Translations under genes and position numbers: made by a program
Origin: Bacteroidota bacterium
GTDB taxonomy: Bacteria; Bacteroidota; Bacteroidia; Flavobacteriales_F; PHOS-HE28
Assembly: GCA_963169595.1 (NCBI GenBank)
Contig: CAUJFM010000145.1
Coordinates: forward strand, 1 to 41,553
Direction: 5' to 3'
DNA: 41,553 nt
The notes under the pieces: generated by a model
Seen by the model: the letters and a program-made list of their open reading frames with translations, nothing else
Told to the model about the DNA's origin: nothing
Databases searched by the model: none
Shown: positions 1-9,275 of the stretch, in pieces
How the letters are laid out: each line of letters starts with the position of its first letter
How positions within the stretch are numbered: position 1 is the first letter of the stretch

Positions 1-951
1 GCTCTCCAGCCGGTCGATCTCCGCGTACACTTCGCCCAAGCGGTTGGCATCCGTCGCCCGGAAGTAGCGCCCTCCGGTGATGTCCGCCACCTTGGTCATC
101 ATCTCTTCATCGATCTGCACATCCACGTAGTCGTAGCGGTATTGTCCGTCCGGGTAGATCGCCACCGGGGTGAGGGCCTTGCCACGCGTGCCCACGCCGA
201 TGGTATAGACGCGGATGCCCAGCTGTTCGGCGATCAGCGCGGCGTCCACGGGCTGCACCGTGCCCGCGTTGTTCATGCCGTCGGTGAGCAGGATCACCAC
301 CTTGCTCTTCACGTCGCTCTCGCGCAACCGGTTCAGTGCGGTGGCCAGTCCGAGCCCGACCGCTGTGCCCCCGGTGATGAGGCCGGGCCGCGCGGCCTGG
401 AACAGGTCCTTCAGCACGCGGTGGTCCGTGGTGAGCGGACATTGGGTGTACGCTTCGCCCTCGTAGACCACCAGTCCGATGCGGTCGTTCGATCGCCCGT
501 CGATGAAGGTCTTGGCCACGCGCTTGGCCGCCTCCAACCGGTCGGGCTTCAGGTCCTTGGCCAGCATGCTCACCGATACGTCCATGGCGATCATGATGTC
601 GATGCCTTCATGCTGGACGTCCTGCCAGCTGTCCTTGCTCTGCGGACGCGACATGCCGAGCATCAGCAGGCCCATGCCGGCCATGGCCAGGGCGAAGGGC
701 AGGTGGCGGAACAGGCTCAGCAGGTCCACCGGTCCGTGGATGAAGGCCTTCATGTTGGGCAGCACCACACGCGGCGAGCGGGATGTGGAGCGGAGGATGT
801 ACAGCACTCCCGCGATCGACACGCCACCGAGCCCCCACAGCCAGCGCGGATCGGCCACCTCGTACCGCTGCACCATGGTCCAGGCCACTGCGGCCACGCT
901 GATGCAGGCGGCCGTGCTCCACCCGATGGCCAGGATGCGGTCCCTACCCAT
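1..951 (-). CDS. batA: BatA-like von Willebrand factor type A (vWA) membrane protein; C-terminus runs off the left window edge
   Basis: It is absent from the ORF track because its stop codon is off-window. My reverse translation from the ATG at 951-949 gives MGRDRILAIGW..., with N-terminal TM segments and vWA/MIDAS-type motifs GIDIMIAMDVSVSM, VVILLTDGMNNAG and YTIGVG. The start overlaps the stop of the upstream ORF (ATGGGTAG). It is the last gene of the MoxR-DUF58 operon. Confidence 0.85.
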   Translation of the reverse strand, partial: MGRDRILAIGWSTAACISVAAVAWTMVQRYEVADPRWLWGLGGVSIAGVLYILRSTSRSPRVVLPNMKAFIHGPVDLLSLFRHLPFALAMAGMGLLMLGMSRPQSKDSWQDVQHEGIDIMIAMDVSVSMLAKDLKPDRLEAAKRVAKTFIDGRSNDRIGLVVYEGEAYTQCPLTTDHRVLKDLFQAARPGLITGGTAVGLGLATALNRLRESDVKSKVVILLTDGMNNAGTVQPVDAALIAEQLGIRVYTIGVGTRGKALTPVAIYPDGQYRYDYVDVQIDEEMMTKVADITGGRYFRATDANRLGEVYAEIDRLES

Positions 952-1864
952 GGCTTTCCGTGTTGGTGGGGATGGTGGCCTTGATGAACTCCCTGGCCCC
1001 GGTGAGCATGCGTTCGTTCTCCGTTGCGCTGGGCACCGCCTTGGCGAACTTCACGAGATCGGCGAGCCGGAGCATGTTCGCCAGCTGCTGTTGCAGGTCG
1101 GGGGCGATGGGTGAGGTGCGCAGCTCCAGGAGCAGGTCGTCCGTGGTGCGCTCCAAGGCAGGTACCTTGAACCGCTCCTCGAGGTAGCCCCGCACGATGT
1201 CGGTGATGCGGGAGTGGAAGGCCTTGTGTTCACCCTGCTGCCACAACCGCTGGCCTTCGACCTCATCCAGCTGCTTCAGGAAGCGCTCATGTACAGGTCC
1301 TGTGACCATCGGCACTGTGGCCGGTGCGGACATCGGGCGCCGCCGCCATTTGCGCATGAGCATCACCACGGCCATGAGCACCATTGCACCTGTAGCGAAC
1401 CACAGCCAATGCTTGCGCAACCACCACACCAGATCGAACGGAGGCTCGAACAGCGGGGAGATGTCGCGGATGGTGCCGCCGGGATCCACCTGCACACCGC
1501 GCACATCGATGAGCAGAGGGGCGGTCTCCAACGCGGTGCCGTTCAAGGTGAATTGCATGGGCGGGATGGCCCAGAAGCCCGTATCAAAGCTTGTGACGAG
1601 CAGTCGCTGCACCAATTGTACAGCGCCATCCGTCGCGGTCAGTGTGTCCACCGGCTCTTGGCGCAATAGTTCCACATGCGGGGCCAACGTGTCGCCGAGC
1701 GCGGGCCATTCCACCTCACCGCCGCCATTGGGCAGTGTGATGCCGAGCGAGAGGCCCACGTGCTCACCGATGCGCATGACAAGCGTGTCGGCCTGCAGGA
1801 AGACCTGCTGGGGCCTGGCGGCGCTGGCCAACATGCACAGGAGGAGTGTGAGCACCGGTCTCAT
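944..1864 (-). CDS. hypothetical membrane protein of the MoxR/Bat operon (signal peptide plus one internal TM helix; DUF4381-like C-terminal half)
   Basis: 306-aa ORF with N-terminal signal MRPVLTLLLCMLASAARPQQ and an internal TM helix WLWFATGAMVLMAVVMLM followed by RKWRRR. Its start overlaps the DUF58 stop and its stop overlaps the batA start. The function is inferred from operon position only. Confidence 0.65.
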   Translation of the reverse strand: MRPVLTLLLCMLASAARPQQVFLQADTLVMRIGEHVGLSLGITLPNGGGEVEWPALGDTLAPHVELLRQEPVDTLTATDGAVQLVQRLLVTSFDTGFWAIPPMQFTLNGTALETAPLLIDVRGVQVDPGGTIRDISPLFEPPFDLVWWLRKHWLWFATGAMVLMAVVMLMRKWRRRPMSAPATVPMVTGPVHERFLKQLDEVEGQRLWQQGEHKAFHSRITDIVRGYLEERFKVPALERTTDDLLLELRTSPIAPDLQQQLANMLRLADLVKFAKAVPSATENERMLTGAREFIKATIPTNTESHG

Positions 1865-2748
1865 CGGTGTGCCTCGCGTTGCTTGAAGAGGTACATCAGT
1901 GGACGCACATAGCCGTCGCGCGTGGAGATGGTGGCGTGATCAACGCCCGAGCGGCGCAGGATGTCGCGCGTGCGCTGCTGGTGCTTGAGCGCGGCGGCCC
2001 GGTAGGCGTTGCGCTGGGCGCGGCTGCCGGTGTTCACCCAGCGTGTGGTGCCGGTCTCGGGGTCGATGAACTGGACCAGGCCCATGATGGGCAGTTCGGC
2101 CTCGCGGGCATCATGCGTGCGCAGCACCACCATGTCGTGCTTGCGGTTGGCGATCCGCAACGCATCCGCGTAACCCTCGTCCATCATGTCGCTGATGAGG
2201 AAGGCGATGCTGCGCTTCTTGATGACCAGGTTGAGGTAGCGCAGGGCCTCAGTGATGTTGGTGCCGCGCTGTTCGGGCCTGAACTCGATGAGCTCGCGGA
2301 TGAGGCGCAGGATGTGGCTCCTGCCTTTCTTCGGCGGGATGAACTTCTCCACCCGGTCGCTGAAGAGGATCAGGCCCACCTTGTCGTTGTTGCGGATGGC
2401 GCTGAAGGCGATCGTGGCGCAGACCTCGGTGATCAGTTCGCGTTTCAGTTGGTGTGCGGTGCCGAAATCCTCGGAACCGCTCACATCGGCCATCAGCATC
2501 ACGCTCAGTTCGCGCTCCTCCTCGAACACCTTCACGAAGGGATGCCCGAACCGGGCCGTCACATTCCAGTCGATGGTGCGCACCTCATCACCCGCGGTGT
2601 ATTCGCGCACCTCGCTGAAGGTCATGCCACGGCCCTTGAAGGCGCTGTGGTACTCACCGCTGAAGATATGCTCGCTCAGGCCGCGGGTCTTCAGCTCGAT
2701 GAGACGCACCTTCCGGAGCAGCTCCTTGGTATGTTGGGCGGTATCCAT
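1861..2748 (-). CDS. DUF58 domain protein (vWA-like, MoxR partner)
   Basis: 295-aa ORF with GEYHSAFKGRGMTFSEVREYTAGDEVRTIDWNVTAR and VMLMADVSGS, which is typical of DUF58. It lies directly downstream of the MoxR ATPase gene. Confidence 0.9.
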   Translation of the reverse strand: MDTAQHTKELLRKVRLIELKTRGLSEHIFSGEYHSAFKGRGMTFSEVREYTAGDEVRTIDWNVTARFGHPFVKVFEEERELSVMLMADVSGSEDFGTAHQLKRELITEVCATIAFSAIRNNDKVGLILFSDRVEKFIPPKKGRSHILRLIRELIEFRPEQRGTNITEALRYLNLVIKKRSIAFLISDMMDEGYADALRIANRKHDMVVLRTHDAREAELPIMGLVQFIDPETGTTRWVNTGSRAQRNAYRAAALKHQQRTRDILRRSGVDHATISTRDGYVRPLMYLFKQREAHR

Positions 2749-2759
2749 GGTTCAGGTGG

Positions 2760-2813
2760 CAGGAGCAGGGGCAGGTGCAGGGGCATTTCGGCCTGCTCCT
2801 GCCCCTGCACCTG
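2760..2813. repeat. inverted hexamer array (GCAGGN)x4 / (CCTGCN)x4 forming a 22-bp stem with two mismatches
   Basis: CAGGAGCAGGGGCAGGTGCAGG - ggcatttcgg - CCTGCTCCTGCCCCTGCACCTG, with 20 of 22 positions complementary. It lies in the 70-nt spacer between the moxR stop and the DUF58 start. Confidence 0.85.
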
Positions 2814-2818
2814 ATAGC

Positions 2819-3847
<1,029 letters not shown>

Positions 3848-3979
3848 GGCGGTGTGCCGTTGTGCTCGGCCAAGGGCCGAAGTTGAACACAAAGGTGACG
3901 GGGTGGTTTCGAAGCGTGCAGGACCGCCGCAGTTAAAGAGTGTTAACCATCGGGCCCTTGGCTTGGCCTTCTTCACGGC

Positions 3980-3987
3980 TACCTTCG
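3980..3987 (+). promoter_or_regulatory. Bacteroidota -7 promoter element (TACCTTCG) for the mazG-like gene
   Basis: It is a near match to TAnnTTTG within the extended GGCTACCTTCGGC context, 4 nt upstream of the ATG. Confidence 0.45.
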
Positions 3988-3991
3988 GCAC

Positions 3992-4414
3992 ATGACCACC
4001 AAGCACCTTCCCCTCACCGTTTCCGAGGCCATCGGCCATGTGCGCGCTTTCCATGAGGCCTTCGGTATCCCCAACGCAGAGGCGCCCACCGCATCCATCG
4101 GCGATCGGGACGCGTTGCTCCGCTACAAGCTGATCCGCGAGGAGAACGAGGAGTACCTGGAAGCCGCGTTGAAAGGCGACCTCGTGGAGGTGGCCGATGC
4201 CCTGGGCGACATCCTCTACATCCTCTGCGGCACCCTGCTCAAGCATGGGCTGGAACACAAGATCGACGAGGTGTTCCGCGAGATCCAGCGCAGCAACATG
4301 AGCAAGCTCGGCGCCGATGGAAGGCCCATCTACCGCGAGGATGGCAAGGTGATGAAAGGACCTGCGTACTTCAAGCCGGATATCGCGCGCATCCTGGAGG
4401 GGAGTGAAGGGTGA
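3992..4414 (+). CDS. MazG-like nucleoside triphosphate pyrophosphohydrolase family protein
   Basis: 140-aa ORF with the EENEEYLEA ... EVADALGDILYI acidic helix pair typical of all-alpha NTP pyrophosphohydrolases. A -7 box TACCTTCG lies 4 nt upstream of the ATG. Confidence 0.75.
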   Translation: MTTKHLPLTVSEAIGHVRAFHEAFGIPNAEAPTASIGDRDALLRYKLIREENEEYLEAALKGDLVEVADALGDILYILCGTLLKHGLEHKIDEVFREIQRSNMSKLGADGRPIYREDGKVMKGPAYFKPDIARILEGSEG

Positions 4415-4474
4415 AGGGAGGAAGGAGGAAGGAAAAAGGAGAAAGGAAGAAGGAGAAAGGAAAAAGGAGAAAGA
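4414..4474 (+). repeat. 61-nt uninterrupted polypurine tract with internal 15-nt direct repeat GGAAAAAGGAGAAAG (4431 and 4459)
   Basis: By direct reading there is no pyrimidine between 4414 and 4474. The tract starts on the last base of the mazG-like stop codon and is a near-mirror repeat centred on GGAAGAAGG. Confidence 0.9.
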
Positions 4475-4544
4475 TGAAGCCGGAGTGGGAAATGGATGGG
4501 TAGGAAAGCGGGCCTGCCACAACTGCTGGTGAAAAGTGTCGATC

Positions 4545-4919
4545 ATGGAGAAGAAACCGGAGGATCTGGAGACACGGCTCGAACGGTTCGCCGTTTCCGG
4601 GGTGTTGGTCACCGAGAAGATGCCGTCCACACCGGCCGGACGTTTCTATGCGGACCAGTTGCTCCGGGCCAGTGGTTCTGCGGCGTTGAACTATGCTGAG
4701 AGCCAGGGCGGGGCAACCCATCGGGACTTCACCAACAAGCTCAAGATCGTGTTCAAGGAACTGCGCGAAGCCCATATGGCCCTTCGCATCATTCATAGTG
4801 CTGGGCTTCATTCCGACCTTCCTGGGGTGACCACCGTGCGTCAGGAGGCCGCGGAACTGGTCGCGATCTTCACGGCTGCGGTAAGGACGGCAGAGCAACG
4901 CAGCGCACGCAAGGGCTGA
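4545..4919 (+). CDS. four-helix-bundle protein (23S rRNA intervening-sequence protein / Avd family)
   Basis: The pattern EDLE...FY.DQLLRASGSAALNYAESQGGATHRDF..KL.I..KELRE matches the TIGR02436/PF05635 family. I chose the ATG at 4545 over the GTG at 4536 used by the track. Confidence 0.8.
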   Translation: MEKKPEDLETRLERFAVSGVLVTEKMPSTPAGRFYADQLLRASGSAALNYAESQGGATHRDFTNKLKIVFKELREAHMALRIIHSAGLHSDLPGVTTVRQEAAELVAIFTAAVRTAEQRSARKG

Positions 4920-4934
4920 GATGACCGCGGAACG

Positions 4935-4990
4935 TTCCACCTCTTGACCCTTCAACCTTCCGTCCTCCTCCTTGCTCCTTCCCTGTCACC
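4935..4990 (+). repeat. pyrimidine-rich tract downstream of the four-helix-bundle gene
   Basis: The sequence is TTCCACCTCTTGACCCTTCAACCTTCCGTCCTCCTCCTTGCTCCTTCCCTGTCACC. Its reverse complement shares GAAGGG/GGAAGGAG/AAGGAGGA words with the upstream polypurine tract. Confidence 0.7.
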
Positions 4991-5016
4991 AGGTCATCTT
5001 TCGAGCAACCATCCTC

Positions 5017-5523
5017 ATGCATCTTCCCACACTGCTTCAAAAGGCCCGCACGTCCTCCCTGCAGCGGGGGCTGCTCAACACCATTCTGCCGTGGATGATC
5101 CCCTTCAACCGGCCGCACGGGTTCCGGGTGGTGCCGCTGCCCGAAGGCGGCATCCGGGTGGAGATACCCTACTGGCGCATCAACCGCAACCACATCAAGG
5201 GCGTGCATGCCTGCTGCCTGGCCACGGCCGCCGAGATGTGCAGTGGACTTTCCGTGTTGGAACAGCTCGACCCGCGGAAGTACCGGCTCATCATGCGTGA
5301 GCTCCGCATGCAGTATCACTACCAGGCCAAACAGAAGGCCTGGGCCACCTGCGTGCCGTTGGCCGAGGACATCCGCAGGCAGGTGGTGGAACCGTTGCAA
5401 CAGCAGGAGGCGGTGGACTACACCAGCGTGGTGGAGCTGCACGACAAGGCGGGCAATCACCTCGCCACCGGCACGGTCACCTGGCAGGTGAAGCCCTGGG
5501 GCAAGGTGCGGACCAAGGTGTGA
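5017..5523 (+). CDS. hotdog-fold thioesterase-like protein (DUF4442/PaaI-like)
   Basis: PFNRPHGFRVVPLPEGGIRVEIPYWRINRNHIKGVHACCLATAAEM matches the DUF4442-type hotdog pattern. The start is set at the ATG at 5017 (MHLPTLL). Confidence 0.7.
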   Translation: MHLPTLLQKARTSSLQRGLLNTILPWMIPFNRPHGFRVVPLPEGGIRVEIPYWRINRNHIKGVHACCLATAAEMCSGLSVLEQLDPRKYRLIMRELRMQYHYQAKQKAWATCVPLAEDIRRQVVEPLQQQEAVDYTSVVELHDKAGNHLATGTVTWQVKPWGKVRTKV

Positions 5524-5529
5524 GCAGCC

Positions 5530-6165
5530 CTACTTCCCCCTAATGCGCCTGACCGTGCTGGTCAACAGCATGGCCAGCACCGCGCCGCTGAAGGCCAGTG
5601 CCATGTCCTTCTGGGCATCCCACACATCCCCCTGCGAACCGAGGTAGGCATGCCCTTGGGCGGGGAAGAAGATGTCGGCCACCGCCCACTCGATCAGTTC
5701 ATAGGCCGCGCTGAAGCTCATGGTGATCTCCACCGGCAGCACCCAGCACACCCAGTTCGGCCACTGGAAGTGGTTCCTGAAGTAGTCCCGCATGGGGTAG
5801 GCCAGCAGGAAGCCGAAGCTGAAGTGAACGATGCGGTCGTAGTTGTTGCGTGTGCCGGCCACCAGGTCCTGAAGCCAGTAGCCGAGCGGGTTCTCCGCGT
5901 AGGTGTACATCGCGCCGTAGACGTGGAGCAGGATGTAAACGAACATCAGGCTGTAGCTGAGGTCGCTGAACTTGAACCGCCGATGGCTCCAGGCCACGCC
6001 AACGATGAAGAGGATGGTGAGCGCGTTCTCGGTGATCCAGTTGGCGCGGTCGGTGGTGCCCACGAAGGTCCAGGCCCAGAAGAGCAGGAAGGTGACGGCG
6101 TAGCCCTGCAGCAGGCGGTTGTCGGCAAAGGTTGACCGAAGGGGCGAGGAGGTGGTGGTGAGCAT
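5530..6165 (-). CDS. DUF2238 (YjdF-like) inner membrane protein
   Basis: 211-aa polytopic membrane ORF with RRFKFSDLSYSLMFVYILLHVYGAMYTYAENP, which is typical of DUF2238. Confidence 0.75.
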   Translation of the reverse strand: MLTTTSSPLRSTFADNRLLQGYAVTFLLFWAWTFVGTTDRANWITENALTILFIVGVAWSHRRFKFSDLSYSLMFVYILLHVYGAMYTYAENPLGYWLQDLVAGTRNNYDRIVHFSFGFLLAYPMRDYFRNHFQWPNWVCWVLPVEITMSFSAAYELIEWAVADIFFPAQGHAYLGSQGDVWDAQKDMALAFSGAVLAMLLTSTVRRIRGK

Positions 6166-6183
6166 CGTGGGCAGCCCGTGGGC

Positions 6184-6807
6184 TTATTGGTCCTTGCTGG
6201 AGGTGCGCTGCGCCGCGGGAAGCAGGTAGGTGTAATGCAGACCGGCCACCACGTTCTGGCCGCGCAACACCGTGCTGAACGGAGTGATGCTGGTCTGGTA
6301 GCGCACCTCGAAGCGGCTGCGCGGGCGGTCCCAGCCGAAGCCCAGGCCCATGCTCACCTGCGAACGGTTCGTGGTCCCCTGCAGGGTGTAGCTGCTCTCG
6401 AACAGCACGTTGCCATCCTGCCGCACCACCTGCCGCCCGTTCATCCACCAGCCGGCCATGAGACCACCGGTCAGGAAGAAGCCTCCGGGCACCGTATCGG
6501 TGGAGATCTTGAACATCACGGGCAGTTCGAGGTATCCGAGACGCACGCTGGTGAAGGTGCGCAGTTGGGCGTTCTGCGTCAGGCTGCCCTTGGTGATGTA
6601 CATGGGTTCGATCAGGAAGGAGGCCTGGGCCGTCCAGGGCACTTCGATGCTCCATCCGAGGATGGGACCGGGCTTGGGCAGGCCGCTCCAATTGAACACG
6701 CCGCCGGCCGAGATGGTGGCCAGTGAAAGCCCGACCCGAGGGCCATGCTTCACCTGCGCCGAGGCCGATAGGCTCAGCGCCAGGAAAAGGGTGATGAGGG
6801 TGCGCAT
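6184..6807 (-). CDS. outer-membrane beta-barrel (porin-family / PorT-like) protein
   Basis: It has the signal peptide MRTLITLFLALSLSASAQ, alternating hydrophobic beta-strand patterns and an aromatic C-terminal region. The start is set at the ATG at 6807. Confidence 0.65.
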   Translation of the reverse strand: MRTLITLFLALSLSASAQVKHGPRVGLSLATISAGGVFNWSGLPKPGPILGWSIEVPWTAQASFLIEPMYITKGSLTQNAQLRTFTSVRLGYLELPVMFKISTDTVPGGFFLTGGLMAGWWMNGRQVVRQDGNVLFESSYTLQGTTNRSQVSMGLGFGWDRPRSRFEVRYQTSITPFSTVLRGQNVVAGLHYTYLLPAAQRTSSKDQ

Positions 6808-6861
6808 GGCCCCGAAGATCGGACGGCGGGGCCGAACCACCATCAGCCCGCTCCAACACGG

Positions 6862-7350
6862 TCAGTACCGGTCCTTCAGGGCGGCCATCTTCAGCGCGGC
6901 CACGGCGCAGTCCACGCCCTTGTTGCCATGCCTGCCACCACTGCGGTCGCGGGCCTGCTCCATCGTGTCATCCGTGAGCACGCCGAAGATCACGGGCTTG
7001 CTGAACTTGAGGCTCACGGCCATGATGCCTTGTGTGGTGCCTTGGCACACGAAATCGAAGTGGGGGGTCTCGCCCCGCACCACGCTGCCCAGGCAGATCA
7101 CCCCATCAAGCCCACCCGCTTCCAGCAGGAACTGCGCCCCGCTGGCCAGCTCGAAGCTGCCGGGCACCCATTCCTCCACGATGTCGGCCTCGGTCACGCC
7201 ATGGCGGAGCAAGGTCTCGCGTGCTCCACGCCGCAGGGCATCCGTGATCTCCAGGTTCCATTCGCTGATGACCAGCGCAAAACGACGACCAGCGCCACTG
7301 GGGACGCTGGTCGGGTCGTAGTGCGAAAGGTTGTGCGTGGCGGTCGCCAT
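6862..7350 (-). CDS. ribH: 6,7-dimethyl-8-ribityllumazine synthase
   Basis: 162-aa ORF with FALVISEWN, VPGSFELA, GVICLGSVVRGETPHFDFV and RSGGRHGNKG, which are canonical RibH motifs. Confidence 0.92.
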   Translation of the reverse strand: MATATHNLSHYDPTSVPSGAGRRFALVISEWNLEITDALRRGARETLLRHGVTEADIVEEWVPGSFELASGAQFLLEAGGLDGVICLGSVVRGETPHFDFVCQGTTQGIMAVSLKFSKPVIFGVLTDDTMEQARDRSGGRHGNKGVDCAVAALKMAALKDRY

Positions 7351-7362
7351 GGCACCCAGGGA

Positions 7363-8055
7363 CTATCCACCCATCGCTTCGGCGTGGCCGGCGTACTTCC
7401 GCGCCTGGCCGGCCTCGCTGCTGGTGGGGAACTCCTTGGCGATGCGGTTGAAGGCCTTGGCGGCCTCCTTCCATTGACCGGCCTGCTGATGCAGGATCCC
7501 CGCCTTCATCAGGTACATCGGGGTGGTGAAATCGTTCTTGGCCATGCCCGCCGCTTTCTCGAAGAGCTTCACGGCCTCGTCGTTACGGCCCAGTTCCACC
7601 AGCGCATCGCCCTGGTTGCCCACGGCCATCACGCGCAGCACATCATCACCCAGGTCGGCCTGCTTGTACTCGGCGATCGCCGCTTCGTACTCGCCCTTTT
7701 TCATGTAGATGGTGCCCAGGTAGTAATGGGCCAGGTTGGCGCTCGGGGTGCCGCTGTACTCGTCGGCCACGCTCAGGAAGCCGGGCCACTGGTCATCACC
7801 GTTCATGGCCTTGTCCAACGAGTCGATCTCGAAGTAGTACTCCGCCTTCCACATCAGTTCGCTGGCCTCTGCCGCCCGGGGCTTGGCGTAGCCATACTGA
7901 TAGGCGATCGCACCACCCACCACGGCCACCAGCGCCAGGGCACCGATGGTCAGGTTCTTCTTGTTCTTCTCGAGGAAAAGCTCGGTGCGGGTATACACCT
8001 CGCCAAGGTCCACATCGGGGCCCTGGGAGCTTGTGGGAGTATGCTTCTGGCTCAT
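7363..8055 (-). CDS. membrane-anchored tetratricopeptide-repeat protein (YfgM-like)
   Basis: 230-aa ORF with a single TM helix (LTIGALALVAVVGGAIAY) followed by TPR-like helical repeats. It sits in the ribH-recF intergenic position typical of Bacteroidota. Confidence 0.7.
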   Translation of the reverse strand: MSQKHTPTSSQGPDVDLGEVYTRTELFLEKNKKNLTIGALALVAVVGGAIAYQYGYAKPRAAEASELMWKAEYYFEIDSLDKAMNGDDQWPGFLSVADEYSGTPSANLAHYYLGTIYMKKGEYEAAIAEYKQADLGDDVLRVMAVGNQGDALVELGRNDEAVKLFEKAAGMAKNDFTTPMYLMKAGILHQQAGQWKEAAKAFNRIAKEFPTSSEAGQARKYAGHAEAMGG

Positions 8056-8122
8056 GGTCGCGTTCAGCGAGGCGCAAAAATAGGCTTTTGAGGGACTTGG
8101 CGAAGCCCCGGTCGCCGGAGGC

Positions 8123-8130
8123 TAACTTCG
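8123..8130 (+). promoter_or_regulatory. -7 promoter element (TAACTTCG) for recF
   Basis: It lies in a GGCTAACTTCGCGC context, 11 nt upstream of the ATG at 8142. Confidence 0.45.
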
Positions 8131-8141
8131 CGCTCCCGGCC

Positions 8142-9275
8142 ATGTCCTTCCACCTGTCCCACCTGCACCTGCTGCACTTCCGCAACCACCGGGAGGCTGA
8201 ATTGGAACTGGGGCCCGAGGTGAACTGCTTCGTGGGCCCCAACGGGGTGGGCAAGACCAACCTGTTGGATGCCGTGCATTACCTGGCCCTGGCCAAAAGC
8301 TATTTCGACGCGGTGGACATGCACAACATCCTCGATGGGGAGGAGTACTTCATGGTGCAGGGGGCTGTCCGCACCGACCAGGGCGATGACAACCTGCTGT
8401 GCACGGTGCGCAAGGGACAGCGCAAGGTGTTGAGCCGCAACCGCAAGGAGTACGACCGCCTGGCCGACCATGTGGGCCGCTATCCGGTGGTGATGATCAC
8501 CCCGTACGATGCCCAGTTGGTGCTGGAGGGCAGCGAGGTCCGCCGGCGCTTCCTGGACGGGCTCATTGCGCAGTTCGACAAGGCCTACCTGGAGGCCCTG
8601 ATCCGCTACAACCGGGCCCTGGCCCAGCGCAACACCCTGTTGAAACGGTTCGCGGAACAGGGGGGCGGCGCCCTGCAGATGCTGGAACCGTGGGATATGC
8701 AACTGGTGCAGTACGGCACGGCGGTGCATGAGGCGCGGCGGGCCTTCCTCGCGGACCTGGTCCCCTTGCTCACGGACCACTATGCCGGCATCAGCGGCCA
8801 GCGCGAGGCCGTGGGGCTGGAGTACCGATCGGCCTTGAACGAGACCCCGTTGGAGGCCTTGCTGAACGCTGCCTGGGAACGCGACCGTGCGGCCACCCAC
8901 ACCACGGTGGGGGTGCACAAGGACGATCTGGTCTTCACCATCAACGGGCAGCCGCTGAAGCGCTACGGTTCGCAGGGGCAGCAGAAGACCTTCCTCATCG
9001 CCCTGAAACTGGCCCAGTTCGACCTCACCCGTTCGCGCAGCGGCATCCGGCCCATCCTGCTGCTGGACGACATCTTCGACAAGATCGATCCGCAGCGCAT
9101 GCGGCACCTGCTCAAGCTCCTCAGCGGGCAGCGGTTCGGCCAGGTGCTCATCACCGATACGGATGCTGCGCGGCTGCACACCGCCCTCGATGGCCTGGCC
9201 CTTGATGTGCGCTTCTTCCACCTCGACCACGGACGCCCCATCGCCCTTGAAACGATCGAACGAACAGTCGCTTAA
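8142..9275 (+). CDS. recF: DNA replication and repair protein RecF
   Basis: Trimmed to the ATG at 8142 (MSFHLSHLHLLHFRNH). Walker A is GPNGVGKTNLLDA, the signature region is GSQGQQKTFLIALKLAQ, and Walker B is LLLDDIFDKID. A -7 box lies at 8123-8130. Confidence 0.92.
   Translation: MSFHLSHLHLLHFRNHREAELELGPEVNCFVGPNGVGKTNLLDAVHYLALAKSYFDAVDMHNILDGEEYFMVQGAVRTDQGDDNLLCTVRKGQRKVLSRNRKEYDRLADHVGRYPVVMITPYDAQLVLEGSEVRRRFLDGLIAQFDKAYLEALIRYNRALAQRNTLLKRFAEQGGGALQMLEPWDMQLVQYGTAVHEARRAFLADLVPLLTDHYAGISGQREAVGLEYRSALNETPLEALLNAAWERDRAATHTTVGVHKDDLVFTINGQPLKRYGSQGQQKTFLIALKLAQFDLTRSRSGIRPILLLDDIFDKIDPQRMRHLLKLLSGQRFGQVLITDTDAARLHTALDGLALDVRFFHLDHGRPIALETIERTVA

Noticed and set aside
3848-4630. The N-terminal 261-aa extension of the MoxR ORF (track ORF 2819-4630).
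   Set aside because: The extension runs antisense through the mazG-like gene and the polypurine tract, giving low-complexity FSFFLSPSSFLLFPSS. The MoxR family fits a protein starting at the internal ATG at 3847, which gives the expected length of about 342 aa.
4545-4919. A diversity-generating retroelement, considered because the four-helix-bundle protein is Avd-like.
   Set aside because: No reverse transcriptase gene, template/variable repeat pair or target gene with a C-terminal variable region occurs anywhere nearby.
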